Of a DNA stretch of 64,000 bases, positions 39,775-50,342 are shown piece by piece; position 1 is the stretch's first letter, and each line of letters begins with the position of its first letter. The position numbers were made by a program, and so were the translations under genes. Under the pieces are notes generated by a model, which was not told the origin of the DNA, searched no databases, and was given only the letters and a program-made list of their open reading frames with translations. The DNA lies in the NCBI GenBank assembly GCA_902634185.1, contig CACPJC010000001.1, forward strand, positions 1-64,000, in the 5' to 3' direction. The stretch comes from an uncultured Candidatus Actinomarina sp. GTDB taxonomy: Bacteria; Actinomycetota; Acidimicrobiia; Actinomarinales; Actinomarinaceae.

Positions 39775-42364
39775 TGAATTGATCCCGTGTCTGTTTTAGT
39801 AGCTCTATCTCGTTTTCAACTTCAATAACATTTTGTTTTTCTTTTTCAATTAATTCTTCTTTTGCATTTTTGATAAATTTTTCATTTTCTAATCTCGATC
39901 TAGAGACTGCTAGTGTTTTAGAGAGAACTTCAATTTTCTTGTCTAGCTTTTTAATTTCTACATCAATATCGATATAGTCTTCGGCTAGAAGATAAAATTC
40001 ATAGTTTCCTGATTGAAAAACTACTTGTTTTTTTACTTTATCCTCTGGTGAATTAAGATTTAATTCTACATTGCCAATGTTTTCAAGCTGTTTTGTAAAC
40101 CAAGGACCAACATCTTTACTTGAATTAAGTTTTAATATTTCTTTATTTTTTAATTGATAGGTAGCTTTGAAATTTCTTATTTGAGAAATAACTTCTTTCA
40201 AATTTTCAACGTCGTTAGCCTCGGGGTTCAACTCTTTGCCTTCAACTTCAGGCCAAGTGTTGTTTATTAAAAGATCATCTTCAAAGGTTGACCAAATTTC
40301 TTCAGTTATGTGAGGCATTGCAGGATTCAATATTTTTATGCTTTTTAAAAATGTAGTTCTAAGTACAAACATAGTCTCATCTTTTGTTTTATCATCATCA
40401 ATTAGGTTTTTGGAAAACTCAAAATACCAATCAAACAAATCTGACCAGACAAAATTGTAAATTAGCTTATATGCATCTGATATTTTATATTTTTCAAATA
40501 ATTCGTTAAATTCAGCTAGGACTTCATCAAATCTAGAGGCAATCCATACGTTTTCGGGACAAGTTATTTCTTTAATTTCATCAGTTCTTTTTTCTTCTGG
40601 GGAGTACAAGTGAACAAACTTTGCAGCATTCCATAGTTTGTTTCCAAATTTCTTTGCAGCAATTGTCCACTCTTCGTCAAAAGGAACATCTTGTCCTGGA
40701 GCTGCTTTCTCTATTAATGAGAAGCGCAATGCATCTGCACCATGTTTTTCAGATAGCTCCAATGGATCAATTGTATTTTTTAAACTCTTAGACATTTTTC
40801 TACCTTTAGAATCTCTTACCAGCCCATGAATCAATATATCCTTGAACGGGACATCGTCATTAAAATTCAGACCCATCATTATCATTCTGGCTACCCAAAA
40901 AAAGATTATGTCAAAACCTGTTACTAATAATGAGGTTGGATAGTATTTCTTTAAATCCGTACTTTCCTCAGGCCAACCTAGAGTGGAGAATGGCCATAAT
41001 GCTGATGAAAACCAAGTATCCAAAACATCTTTATCTTGCGATAGTTTCAAGTCATCTGAGAGTTTATATTTTTCTCTAACCTCTGATTCAGTCGTAGCTA
41101 CATAGATGTTTCCATCCTCGTCATACCATGCCGGAATCTGATGACCCCACCAAATTTGTCTAGAAATACACCAATCTTGTATGTTGTACATCCACTCAAA
41201 ATAAGTTTTCTCCCAATTTTTTGGAATAAACTTCATATTTTCATTCTCAACTTCAGCGATACCTCTATCAGCCAACTCTTTTGTTTTTACAAACCATTGG
41301 TCGGTGATCATTGGTTCAAGTATGCTTTTTGACCTATCTCCTTTTGGTAATTGGATTACGTGATCATCAGCAGAGACAAGGAAGCCTAATTCAGATAACT
41401 CATTCACTATCTGGTCTCTTGCTTCAAATCTATCTAAATTTTTATAATTTTCTGGCATAAAATCATCGTCAGACATTGTTCCATCTAACTTCATGCAAGA
41501 TATGACTTCTAGATCATGTTTCAAGCCGATCTCATAATCATTAAAATCATGTGCAGGTGTTATCTTTACACATCCAGAACCAAATTCTTTATCTACATAC
41601 TCATCAGCGATAATCGGAACCTCTCTATTTACGATTGGGATAATTGCTGTTTTTCCAATAAAGCTCTTATATCTTTCATCATCAGGGTTAACTGCAACGG
41701 CTGTATCAGCAAGAATAGTCTCTGGTCTAGTAGTAGCGATTGTGATAAATTCATCACCACATTTATATTTAACACTCCAGAGTTTGCCTGTTTGTTCCTC
41801 AAGATTGACCTCAAGGTCTGAGACTGCAGACATTAGTTTTGTATCCCAATTAACCATTCTTGAACCTTTATAAATAAACCCAGAGTCATAGAGGGTTACA
41901 AAAACTTGTCTAACAGCTGCTGATAAACCTTCATCCATTGTGAATCTCTCCCTTGACCAATCACAACTCATACCAAGTTTTTTCATTTGTCCTGATATAT
42001 TTTCACCTGATTTTTCTTTCCACTCCCATACTTTTGAAATGAAATTCTCACGACCAACATCTTCTTTCGATAGACCCTTCTCTAATAACTCATTTTCGAC
42101 AAGTAGTTGTGTAATTATCCCTGCATGATCGGTTCCAGGAACCCACAATGTTTCAAATCCCTGAAGTCTTTTTATTCGAACAATTACATCAATGATAGAA
42201 TGCTCTAAGGCATGACCCATATGTAATGAACCAGTTACGTTTGGCGGCGGTATTACAATCGAAAACTGCTTATGTGATTCAACTGGTTTGAATTGATTTT
42301 TTAATTCCCACTCTGATTGCCATTTTTGTTCAGTGCTTAATGGCTCATATGAATCTTCAAGCAT
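39767..42364 (-). CDS. valS: Valine--tRNA ligase
   Basis: PPPNVTGSLHMGH, DWCISRQ, DTWFSS, KMSKS, C-terminal coiled coil. Confidence 0.98.
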   Translation of the reverse strand: MLEDSYEPLSTEQKWQSEWELKNQFKPVESHKQFSIVIPPPNVTGSLHMGHALEHSIIDVIVRIKRLQGFETLWVPGTDHAGIITQLLVENELLEKGLSKEDVGRENFISKVWEWKEKSGENISGQMKKLGMSCDWSRERFTMDEGLSAAVRQVFVTLYDSGFIYKGSRMVNWDTKLMSAVSDLEVNLEEQTGKLWSVKYKCGDEFITIATTRPETILADTAVAVNPDDERYKSFIGKTAIIPIVNREVPIIADEYVDKEFGSGCVKITPAHDFNDYEIGLKHDLEVISCMKLDGTMSDDDFMPENYKNLDRFEARDQIVNELSELGFLVSADDHVIQLPKGDRSKSILEPMITDQWFVKTKELADRGIAEVENENMKFIPKNWEKTYFEWMYNIQDWCISRQIWWGHQIPAWYDEDGNIYVATTESEVREKYKLSDDLKLSQDKDVLDTWFSSALWPFSTLGWPEESTDLKKYYPTSLLVTGFDIIFFWVARMIMMGLNFNDDVPFKDILIHGLVRDSKGRKMSKSLKNTIDPLELSEKHGADALRFSLIEKAAPGQDVPFDEEWTIAAKKFGNKLWNAAKFVHLYSPEEKRTDEIKEITCPENVWIASRFDEVLAEFNELFEKYKISDAYKLIYNFVWSDLFDWYFEFSKNLIDDDKTKDETMFVLRTTFLKSIKILNPAMPHITEEIWSTFEDDLLINNTWPEVEGKELNPEANDVENLKEVISQIRNFKATYQLKNKEILKLNSSKDVGPWFTKQLENIGNVELNLNSPEDKVKKQVVFQSGNYEFYLLAEDYIDIDVEIKKLDKKIEVLSKTLAVSRSRLENEKFIKNAKEELIEKEKQNVIEVENEIELLKQTRDQFSV

Positions 42365-42368
42365 AGAT

Positions 42369-43637
42369 TCAGGCTGGTTTGGAGTCTTTTTTGTCTTTAC
42401 TTTGTTTTAAAACCATTTTTGGTTGGATATCATCAATTACATTTTCTTTATCAATTATGATTTTTTCAATATCTTTCCTTGAAGGTGCTTCAAACATTTC
42501 ATCAAGAAGTAATTTCTCGATTATTGACCTTAATCCCCTAGCTCCAGTTTTTCGTTCAAGAGCAAGTTCGGCCATTGCCTCAAGAGCACCGTCTGTAAAC
42601 GTAAGCTCAACATCGTCCAACTCAAAGATTTTCTTAAATTGTTTAGTAATTGCATTTTTTGGTTCAACAAGTATTTTGATTAATGCTTCTTTGTCTAATT
42701 CATTAACACTTGTTACAACTGGCAGTCTTCCGATGAACTCTGGGATCAATCCATATCTTCTCAGATCTTTTGGTTCAACATTATCAAATATTTTGCTTTG
42801 ATTAACTTTATCAATAATATTCAGGCTTGTATTGAACCCAATTGAGTTATCTCCAAGTCTTTTTCCAATTATTTGATCAAGACCATCAAATGCTCCACCA
42901 ACAATAAATAAAATATTTGTTGTATCTATTTGTAAATATTCTTGTTGTGGATGCTTTCTTCCACCTTGAGGAGGTACTTGCGCTGTAGTGCCTTCTAAGA
43001 TTTTAAGTAATGCTTGCTGAACACCTTCTCCTGAGACATCTCTTGTAATTGATGGATTATCAGACTTTCTAGTAATTTTATCAATTTCATCAATGTAGAT
43101 TATTCCCTTTTCAGCCTTCTTGATATCAAAGTCTGCAGCTTGTATCAAAGTTAAAAGAATATTTTCAACATCTTCACCTACGTAACCAGCTTCAGTCAAT
43201 GTTGTAGCATCTGCTATGGCAAAAGGTACTTGTAGTATCTTTGCCAAAGTTTGAGCTAATAACGTTTTACCGCTTCCAGTTGGTCCAAGTATTAAAACGT
43301 TAGATTTTTGGATTTCAAGATCATCATTTTTTGCGTCATCTTTATATATTCTCTTGTAGTGGTTATAAACAGCTACAGATAAAGTCTTTTTTGCTTCGGT
43401 TTGACCAATAACGAATTCGTTTAAAGCATGATCTATTTCTTTTGGAAGAGGAAGATGAGTTTCACTTGTAGCCTCTAGTGTTTCGACCTTTTCCTCTTCA
43501 ATAATTTCAACACATAGTTCAATACATTCATCACAAATGTAAACGCCTGGCCCAGCGATGAGCTTTATAACTTGTTTTTGTGATTTTCCACAAAAACTAC
43601 ATTTTAACGGATCAGTTGATGATTCTTTACTAGCCAT
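42369..43637 (-). CDS. clpX: ATP-dependent Clp protease ATPase subunit
   Basis: CSFCGK zinc finger, [21 protein letters not shown] loop. Confidence 0.98.
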   Translation of the reverse strand: MASKESSTDPLKCSFCGKSQKQVIKLIAGPGVYICDECIELCVEIIEEEKVETLEATSETHLPLPKEIDHALNEFVIGQTEAKKTLSVAVYNHYKRIYKDDAKNDDLEIQKSNVLILGPTGSGKTLLAQTLAKILQVPFAIADATTLTEAGYVGEDVENILLTLIQAADFDIKKAEKGIIYIDEIDKITRKSDNPSITRDVSGEGVQQALLKILEGTTAQVPPQGGRKHPQQEYLQIDTTNILFIVGGAFDGLDQIIGKRLGDNSIGFNTSLNIIDKVNQSKIFDNVEPKDLRRYGLIPEFIGRLPVVTSVNELDKEALIKILVEPKNAITKQFKKIFELDDVELTFTDGALEAMAELALERKTGARGLRSIIEKLLLDEMFEAPSRKDIEKIIIDKENVIDDIQPKMVLKQSKDKKDSKPA

Positions 43638-43652
43638 AACCTTACCCTGTTG

Positions 43653-44270
43653 TTATTTTTTGTCTGCTAACTCCCTTTGAGTTAGTACTTCATCTACTAT
43701 ACCGTATTCCAACGCTTCTTGCGCGGTCATCCAAAAATCTCTATCTGTATCGACTGAAATTTGCTCAATGTCTTTCTTAGTAAAATCTGCCAAAAGACCA
43801 TTAATTTGATTCCTCATGTCTGTAATCAATTTTGCTTGAATTTCAATGTCTTTAGAGGTTCCTTCAGCCCCTCCTGCTGGTTGGTGCAACATAATTCTTG
43901 CATGAGGAAGTGAGTATCTTTTACCTGGGGTTCCACCAGCTAAAATAACAGCACCAGCTGATGCAGCAAGTCCCATACAGACTGTTGCAACGTCTGGCTT
44001 AATGTATTTCATTGTGTCATAAATTGCAAACAAGGATGTAATTGAGCCACCTGGAGAGTTTATATATACGTAGATATCTTTATCAGGATCTTCTGACTCT
44101 AGGTGTAAAAGCTGTGCCATAATTAGGTTTGCGACTCCATCATCAATAGGAGTACCAAGAAATATTATTCTATCTTTTAAAAGCCTTGAATAAATATCGA
44201 AAGCTCTTTCGCCTCTATTTGTGTTCTCAATAACTGTAGGTACAACATAATTTGAAGGCTCTTTTTTCAT
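43653..44270 (-). CDS. clpP: Clp protease proteolytic subunit
   Basis: DIYSRLL, YINSPGG, AAS, MLHQP; start at MKKEPSN directly after tig stop. Confidence 0.97.
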   Translation of the reverse strand: MKKEPSNYVVPTVIENTNRGERAFDIYSRLLKDRIIFLGTPIDDGVANLIMAQLLHLESEDPDKDIYVYINSPGGSITSLFAIYDTMKYIKPDVATVCMGLAASAGAVILAGGTPGKRYSLPHARIMLHQPAGGAEGTSKDIEIQAKLITDMRNQINGLLADFTKKDIEQISVDTDRDFWMTAQEALEYGIVDEVLTQRELADKK

Positions 44271-44271
44271 G

Positions 44272-45588
44272 TTATTCTTCCTCTCTTGTATCTGTATCTT
44301 GATTGTACACATCTTGAAGATATACTTTTTCACCATTTTGGTCAACTGAGCTTCCTGACTTCAAAACATGCAACATAGCCTTATTTCTCAGTGATTCAGC
44401 CTCTAAATTTAATCTACGAGTAGTAATTTCAACTTCATCATCACTTTCCAGAGTCTTTAAATGTTCCTCGATAAGATCGGTGTCTTCTTTTTCCAATTTG
44501 AGATCTAAATCCTCAATAACCTTATCCAATATAACTACCATTGTTAAATTTCTTGTTGCCTGCTTGTTCAAATCATCCCTTAAAGCTTCTTCAGTTAAGC
44601 CAGTGACTTGAAAATAGTCTTCCATTTTTATATTATTTTGAGCTAACTCAGCAATAAAATTTTGAAGAATACTGTCCATTTCAGCAATCACTAATTGTTC
44701 GGGTAAGGCTATTTTGGCCTCTTCAATCAATTTATTTGTTAGTTCGGCTTGATACTGAGAAGCAACTTGTCTTTTTTTTATCATCTCAATATTTTTTTCT
44801 AGTTCTTCCCTTAAGTGTTTAATATCATCAAATTCTGTCGTGTCAGAAACCCATTCATCGGTAAATTCAGGAAGAATCTTTTCCCTTACTTCTTTCACTA
44901 AAACTGTTATCTCAACATCTTCTAGCTGTAATTGTGGAATATTATCGTTAAATTTAACAATTGCTCCTGGCGAAACGCCAATCAACTTTGAATCAAGCTG
45001 TTGGGTAAGCATATTTGTACCAACTTCGTATAGGTAATCGTTGTATACAAAGTCTTTTACCTCTTCTCCATTTTTACTTCCTGAAATATTGACCAATCCA
45101 TAATCTCCATTATCTAAAGACCTTTCAACTTTTGATACTTCAGCAAATTGTGATCGGACTCTATCAATCTGATCATCCATTTCTTCATCTGTAGGTTTTA
45201 TGGATTCAACTTCAACTTCTTGATCTAATTTAGGAAGTTTTGATAGTACAGGCCAAAGAGTAATTAGTACCTCAATCTCATAATTTTTATCTTTCTTCTC
45301 TATCTTTTTAATAACCGGTCTTGTAGCTGGATTTATTTCTTCATCTTTTAAAATCGTGAAGAGATTTTCTGGAAGATACATCTCAATTGCCTCTTCATTG
45401 ATTGCATCTTCCCCAACCTCTCTGGTAACTATATTTGCTGGTATTTTTCCAGGTCTGAACCCTTTAATATTTAAATTTTTTGATATTTTATTAATTGCTT
45501 CATTCTTGTACTGTTCAAGATCTTGGAAATCAACTTTTATATCAAGTTGTTTTTCAAAATCGCCGGCATTCTTTACTTTATATTTCAA
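44272..45588 (-). CDS. tig: Trigger factor
   Basis: GFRPGKIP signature; TTG start at 45588 preceded by AGGAG. Confidence 0.94.
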   Translation of the reverse strand: MKYKVKNAGDFEKQLDIKVDFQDLEQYKNEAINKISKNLNIKGFRPGKIPANIVTREVGEDAINEEAIEMYLPENLFTILKDEEINPATRPVIKKIEKKDKNYEIEVLITLWPVLSKLPKLDQEVEVESIKPTDEEMDDQIDRVRSQFAEVSKVERSLDNGDYGLVNISGSKNGEEVKDFVYNDYLYEVGTNMLTQQLDSKLIGVSPGAIVKFNDNIPQLQLEDVEITVLVKEVREKILPEFTDEWVSDTTEFDDIKHLREELEKNIEMIKKRQVASQYQAELTNKLIEEAKIALPEQLVIAEMDSILQNFIAELAQNNIKMEDYFQVTGLTEEALRDDLNKQATRNLTMVVILDKVIEDLDLKLEKEDTDLIEEHLKTLESDDEVEITTRRLNLEAESLRNKAMLHVLKSGSSVDQNGEKVYLQDVYNQDTDTREEE

Positions 45589-45606
45589 TTGTTCTCCTAA
45601 ATAAGG

Positions 45607-45685
45607 TGGGGTGACCGACGGGATTCGAACCCGCGACCTCCTGGACCACAACCAGGCGCTCTAACCAAACTGAGCTACGATCACC
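45607..45685 (-). tRNA. tRNA-His (GTG), G-1 and CCA encoded
   Basis: GGTGATCG...TTGTGGT loop...CGGTCACC-CCA. Confidence 0.96.
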
Positions 45686-45689
45686 ACGG

Positions 45690-45763
45690 CGCTCTCGATA
45701 GGACTCGAACCTATAACCTACAGATTAGAAGTCTGTTGCTCTATCCATTTGAGCTACGAGAGC
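45690..45763 (-). tRNA. tRNA-Arg (TCT)
   Basis: GCTCTCG stem; ACAGA-CTTCTAA-TCTGT. Confidence 0.96.
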
Positions 45764-45769
45764 CTCTCG

Positions 45770-45840
45770 AGCGGGTGAAGGGAATCGAACCCTCATAGCC
45801 AGCTTGGAAGGCTGGAGCTTTGCCATTAAGCTACACCCGC
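45770..45840 (-). tRNA. tRNA-Gly (TCC)
   Basis: GCGGGTG stem; CCAGC-CTTCCAA-GCTGG. Confidence 0.96.
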
Positions 45841-45845
45841 GCTAG

Positions 45846-45920
45846 TCGGGCTGGTGAGATTCGAACTCACGACCTCCTGCTCCCAAAGCAGGCGCTCTAG
45901 CCAAGCTGAGCCACAGCCCG
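45846..45920 (-). tRNA. tRNA-Pro (TGG)
   Basis: CGGGCTG stem; CCTGC-TTTGGGA-GCAGG. Confidence 0.96.
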
Positions 45921-46015
45921 CACGTCTAATTATTGTTCCATGATAACGCTTTTATGGAAACAATAAATCAAAAAATTTATAGTTAAGTATTATGAGTTAA
46001 GTTAATCTGTAAAAA

Positions 46016-46088
46016 GGGTCGCTAGCTCAATTGGCAGAGCAACGGACTCTTAATCCGCAGGTTCGGGGTTCAAGTCCCCGGCGACCCA
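46016..46088 (+). tRNA. tRNA-Lys (CTT)
   Basis: GGGTCGC stem; CTCTTAA loop. Confidence 0.95.
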
Positions 46089-46099
46089 CGCGACATTTA

Positions 46100-46182
46100 G
46101 CGGATGTGGCGGAACTGGTAGACGCGCTAGATTTAGGATCTAGTGAGCTTTGCTCGTGGAGGTTCGAGTCCTCTCATCCGCA
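46100..46182 (+). tRNA. tRNA-Leu (TAG)
   Basis: GCGGATG stem; CTAGA-TTTAGGA-TCTAG; long variable arm. Confidence 0.96.
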
Positions 46183-46186
46183 CAAA

Positions 46187-46675
46187 TTATGAGATTGCTA
46201 CAACAAGTTCAGTTGACGTAGCAGTAGCTAGAAGCTTTCCATTCATATCACGAAGTTCACCCGTTAAAAAAATTACTTTTCTTCCTAATTTATCAATCTT
46301 CCCCCGAGCTACAATCTCACCGGTGTCGGCACTTATCTGGCTTAAATAATTTACTTTTATATCAGTTGTTAATGCAATAAAACCCTTATCTAAATTACAT
46401 TGGGCAGAAATACTATTGCAAGAATCCAGAAGAGTAGCTGCTAATCCCCCATGAACACTACCAATTGGGTTGTAATGAAACTCTTCGGGTACGCAGTAAA
46501 ATGATGCCTGCCCTTTTTCATCGATTTCAATCTTGGTAAAACCCATTAATGAACCAATTCCAAAAGAATCTGGTTTTAATTCAGTGAATAATTTTCGCCG
46601 ATCTTCTTTATCTAAATTAAGCAGTTTTTCTGCGATATCTAATGGTGGATCCCAGGAGTGTGTTCTCTCATTCAT
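46187..46675 (-). CDS. PaaI family hotdog thioesterase
   Basis: NPIGSVHGGLAATLLD. Confidence 0.92.
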   Translation of the reverse strand: MNERTHSWDPPLDIAEKLLNLDKEDRRKLFTELKPDSFGIGSLMGFTKIEIDEKGQASFYCVPEEFHYNPIGSVHGGLAATLLDSCNSISAQCNLDKGFIALTTDIKVNYLSQISADTGEIVARGKIDKLGRKVIFLTGELRDMNGKLLATATSTELVVAIS

Positions 46676-48614
46676 CGCTTGACTCAGATGATCTTGTTTG
46701 TAACTCAGAAACTATATCAGCATTTGCCAATGTGGTTACATCTCCTAATTTTCTTTCTTCAGAAATATCTTTCAACAATCTTCTCATAATTTTTCCACTT
46801 CTTGTTTTTGGAAGATCGTTTGTAATAACAATACTTTTAGGTTTAGCAATCGGACCAATTTTATCGCTCACATGTTGTCTTAGGGTGGATATAAGATCTT
46901 CATTCCCCTCAAAACCACCAATTAATGTTACGAATGCAGCAATAGCTTCACCAGATATCTCATCAGCTCTACCTATCACGGCTGCCTCAGCAACAGATTC
47001 ATGTGCAACAAGTGCGCTTTCTACTTCAGCGGTTGAAATTCTATGACCGGATATATTCATAACATCATCAACTCTTCCGAGAAGCCAAAAATATCCATCA
47101 TTATCATATTTTGCTCCATCTCCTGCAAAATACATACCATCATATTTTGACCAATAGGTGTCAATATATCTCTTCTCATCTCCAAACACTGTTCTAAGCA
47201 TTGATGGCCAAGGTGTTTTGATTGCTAAATATCCCCCTTCACCTTTTGAGACCTCATTTCCATTTTCATCAACAACAACTGCATCTATGCCTGGCATTGG
47301 ACCACATGCTGACCCTGGTTTTGTACTTGTAATGCCTGGCAGAGGTGTAATCATTATTGAACCAGTCTCCGTCTGCCACCATGTATCTACAATTGCACAT
47401 GATTCATTACCTATGTTTTCGTGGTACCACATCCAGGCTTCTGGATTAATTGGCTCCCCAACAGTACCTAACAATCTAAGTGAAGTTAAGTCATGTGCTT
47501 GGGGATGTTCAACTCCCCACTTCATGAAAGCTCTAATTGCAGTAGGGGCAGTGTAAAAAATATTTACTTTATATTTTTCAACTATGCTCCAAAGTCTTTT
47601 CTCATCTGGTGCGTTTGGTGCACCCTCATACATAACGCTTGTTGTTTTGTTTGCTAAAGGTCCATACACAATATAACTATGACCTGTTACCCAACCACAG
47701 TCTGCAGCACACCAATAGATATCATCTTCCTTTACGTCAAATACTGCGGAATGTGTTGTAGTTACACCAGTAAGATATCCAGCCTGTGTGTGGACGATTC
47801 CTTTTGGCTTAGCTGTTGTACCTGACGTGTAGAGGATATATAACATGTCCTCTGCATTCATTACTTCTGGTTCACAATCAGCTTCCTGCTTATCTACAAG
47901 TTCGCTATACCAATAATCTCTACCATCAACCATGGTTACTTCATTCTCAGTTCGCTTTACAACTATTACGCTCTCTATGTGATCGGTAAGCTTTAGGGAG
48001 TCATCCACATTTTGTTTTAAAGGAACTATATCTCCCCTTCTCCAAGCACCATCTGCTGTAATTACAACTTTTGCTTCAGCATCATTGATTCTGTCAGCGA
48101 GAGCTTCTGCGGAAAAACCTCCGAATACCACAGAATGGACGGCACCTATTCTTGCGCAGGCGAGCATAGAGATCACAATTTCAGGCGTCATACCAAGGTA
48201 AATTGCGATTCTATCACCTTTCTTAACACCAAGCTCTTTAAGGCCGTTTGAAAGCTTACAGACCCTCTCATAAAGATCTTGATATGTTATTTCTTGAGAG
48301 TCTCCTGGTTCTCCCTCCCAGTAAAAAGCAATTCTGTCTGCATCAGTTTCTAAATGACGGTCAAGACAATTGTAAGAAAGGTTGAGTTCTCCATCCTTAA
48401 ACCACTTATAGAAAGGTGCATCTGAGTCGTCCAAAATCTCTTTGGGTTCTTTATACCAGGTGATTCTCTCTAAAGCTTGTTTCTGCCAGTAAGCAAGTCT
48501 GTCTTCATTGGCTAGGTCAAACCATTCTTGTGTAGCGTTTGCATTCTCTACAATGCTCGTTGGAGGGTCAAAAGTTCTATCTTCTCCAAGTAAATTTTCA
48601 ATTTTTTCAGACAT
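46668..48614 (-). CDS. acs: Acetyl-CoA synthetase
   Basis: YTSGTTAKPKG, DTWWQTETG, PKTRSGKIMRR. Confidence 0.97.
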   Translation of the reverse strand: MSEKIENLLGEDRTFDPPTSIVENANATQEWFDLANEDRLAYWQKQALERITWYKEPKEILDDSDAPFYKWFKDGELNLSYNCLDRHLETDADRIAFYWEGEPGDSQEITYQDLYERVCKLSNGLKELGVKKGDRIAIYLGMTPEIVISMLACARIGAVHSVVFGGFSAEALADRINDAEAKVVITADGAWRRGDIVPLKQNVDDSLKLTDHIESVIVVKRTENEVTMVDGRDYWYSELVDKQEADCEPEVMNAEDMLYILYTSGTTAKPKGIVHTQAGYLTGVTTTHSAVFDVKEDDIYWCAADCGWVTGHSYIVYGPLANKTTSVMYEGAPNAPDEKRLWSIVEKYKVNIFYTAPTAIRAFMKWGVEHPQAHDLTSLRLLGTVGEPINPEAWMWYHENIGNESCAIVDTWWQTETGSIMITPLPGITSTKPGSACGPMPGIDAVVVDENGNEVSKGEGGYLAIKTPWPSMLRTVFGDEKRYIDTYWSKYDGMYFAGDGAKYDNDGYFWLLGRVDDVMNISGHRISTAEVESALVAHESVAEAAVIGRADEISGEAIAAFVTLIGGFEGNEDLISTLRQHVSDKIGPIAKPKSIVITNDLPKTRSGKIMRRLLKDISEERKLGDVTTLANADIVSELQTRSSESSDE

Positions 48615-48645
48615 TTTTTAATTACCTAACGTAATTATAAAAATT

Positions 48646-50208
48646 TTATGATGAACTTTCCATAAAATAATAATTAAAGCCATCACATAAAGCATTCCAA
48701 GATGCATTAATTATATTTTCGTGAACACCAATAGTGCTCCAATTTATCTCCCCATCTGTAAATTCAACAAGGACTCTTGTTCTTGCCTCAGTTCCATCTG
48801 AAGAGTCAATGATTCTCACTTTATAGTCAGTTAATTTAATCTTGTCTACATCCGGATAGTTCTTATTCAAGGCAGATTTCAAAGCTTTATTTAAAGCATC
48901 GACAGGACCAACTCCCTCTCCTGTTGTTACGAATCTTTCTTCACCTACAGATATTTTACAAACAGCTTCTGAAACAACATTTTCAGAGTTTCTTCTTTCC
49001 GAATACACTCTGAAGCTTTCAAAATCAAAAAAAGATGGCTCTTCTCCTTTGATCTTTTTCATTAATAAATATAGAGAACCATCAGCAGCCTCAAACTGAA
49101 ACCCTTGATATTCAAGATCTTGTACTTGCTCAATAAGATTTTTTGCATCATCATTTGTAAGTTCTATTCCAAATTCTTTTGCTTTAGTAATTACACTTGC
49201 TCTTCCAGCTAACTCAGAAACAGTAGTTCTGGTGTAATTTCCTACTTGACTTGCGTTTATGTGCTCATAGAGAGTATTGTCTTTTGACATACCAGAAGCA
49301 TGAAGTCCTGCCTTATGTGTGAAGGCAGATGAACCAACATAAGGATGTCTTGAGTCAATAGCGATATTTACTAATTCCGCAATGTGATTTGCTATAGGAG
49401 TCAGTTTTTCAAGTGACTCTTCAGGCACTGTCTCAAAGTCCATTTTTAAAGAGAGGTTAGGAATAAGAGTACAAAGATCTGCATTACCAGTACGCTCGCC
49501 ATAACCATTCATAGTCCCTTGAACATGTTCAACCCCAAGGTTCACTGCAGCTAGAGAGTTTGTAACTGCACAACCATTGTCATTTTGAAAGTGAACGCCA
49601 AATGATTGATTGGGGTACTCTTCCACAATTGGAGTTAAAAGATCGGTGACCTCATGAGGAAGTGTTCCTCCGTTGGTGTCACAAAAAATAAAACAATCAA
49701 CGCCTTCTTGTATTACTGCATCTAAAATTTTCAAAGTAGTCTCCGAATCCTCTTTCAAACCATCAAAGAAATGTTCTGCATCAAAAAATACTTTTCGTCC
49801 ATTATCTTTTAGATATTTAACGGTATCAGTAGCCATTAAAATCGCACTGTCTACATCAGTCTCTAGAGCCTTTGTAATGTGAAGATTTGATGATTTACCT
49901 ACGATGCAGACGTACTCTGTTTCAGAATCAATAAGTGCCTGTACTTGTGGATCGTCTTCAACTTTTACATTTAATTTTCTTGTAGAACCAAAACTAACTA
50001 ATTTTGCATTCTCTAGCTTTAAATCTTTTTTTGCTTTGTCAAAAAACTCTTTTTCCTTAGGTGATGCTCCAGGCCATCCACCTTCAATATAATCAACACC
50101 CAACTCGTCAATTAACTTAGCAATAGCTAATTTATCCTTTACTGATGGGGAGATTCCCTCCTGTTGAAACCCATCTCTAAGTGTCGTATCAAATATGTCT
50201 ATCTTCAT
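48646..50208 (-). CDS. cimA: Citramalate synthase (CimA/LeuA-like)
   Basis: DTTLRDG, EGGWPG, FDAEHFFDG, CDTNGG, GYGERTGNA, HKAGLH, FEAADGS; start MKIDIF. Confidence 0.92.
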   Translation of the reverse strand: MKIDIFDTTLRDGFQQEGISPSVKDKLAIAKLIDELGVDYIEGGWPGASPKEKEFFDKAKKDLKLENAKLVSFGSTRKLNVKVEDDPQVQALIDSETEYVCIVGKSSNLHITKALETDVDSAILMATDTVKYLKDNGRKVFFDAEHFFDGLKEDSETTLKILDAVIQEGVDCFIFCDTNGGTLPHEVTDLLTPIVEEYPNQSFGVHFQNDNGCAVTNSLAAVNLGVEHVQGTMNGYGERTGNADLCTLIPNLSLKMDFETVPEESLEKLTPIANHIAELVNIAIDSRHPYVGSSAFTHKAGLHASGMSKDNTLYEHINASQVGNYTRTTVSELAGRASVITKAKEFGIELTNDDAKNLIEQVQDLEYQGFQFEAADGSLYLLMKKIKGEEPSFFDFESFRVYSERRNSENVVSEAVCKISVGEERFVTTGEGVGPVDALNKALKSALNKNYPDVDKIKLTDYKVRIIDSSDGTEARTRVLVEFTDGEINWSTIGVHENIINASWNALCDGFNYYFMESSS

Positions 50209-50220
50209 TCGTCTTCTTCC

Positions 50221-50247
50221 AAAAAAAAACCCCTGCAACGCAAGGGT
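50221..50247 (-). terminator. Intrinsic terminator (attenuator) in cimA leader
   Basis: ACCCTTGC-GTT-GCAGGGGT stem-loop followed by a T run (9 T), 12 nt upstream of cimA ATG. Confidence 0.85.
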
Positions 50248-50269
50248 AACAACGATAAGTTCGTTGTTC

Positions 50270-50296
50270 TTAAATAATAATTATGAAATTAATCAT
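50270..50296 (-). CDS. Putative Ile-rich leader peptide MINFIIII
   Basis: ATG ATT AAT TTC ATA ATT ATT ATT TAA; upstream of a terminator and of an Ile-pathway gene. Confidence 0.75.
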   Translation of the reverse strand: MINFIIII

Positions 50297-50302
50297 GAAT
50301 TC

Positions 50303-50330
50303 ATAATAGTTTCGATAATTTGCTTGTCTA
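50303..50330 (-). promoter_or_regulatory. Putative sigma70-type promoter for leaderless leader-peptide transcript
   Basis: TAGACA-N16-TATTAT-N6-ATG. Confidence 0.55.
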
Positions 50331-50342
50331 CAAAAAATATAT

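Noticed and set aside
46016-46088. A-C mismatch at the top of the tRNA-Lys anticodon stem; most tRNAs lacking encoded CCA
   Set aside because: Mismatch at 27:43 is tolerated, and CCA-less tRNA genes are common in Actinobacteria
46143-46349. ORFs overlapping tRNAs (also 4218-4454 and 4629-4904)
   Set aside because: Translation of tRNA sequence or of the antisense strand; spurious
50293-50304. Alternative micro-ORF ATG AAT TCA TGA in the cimA leader
   Set aside because: Three codons, overlaps the putative -10 box and has no regulatory codons; MINFIIII explains the region better
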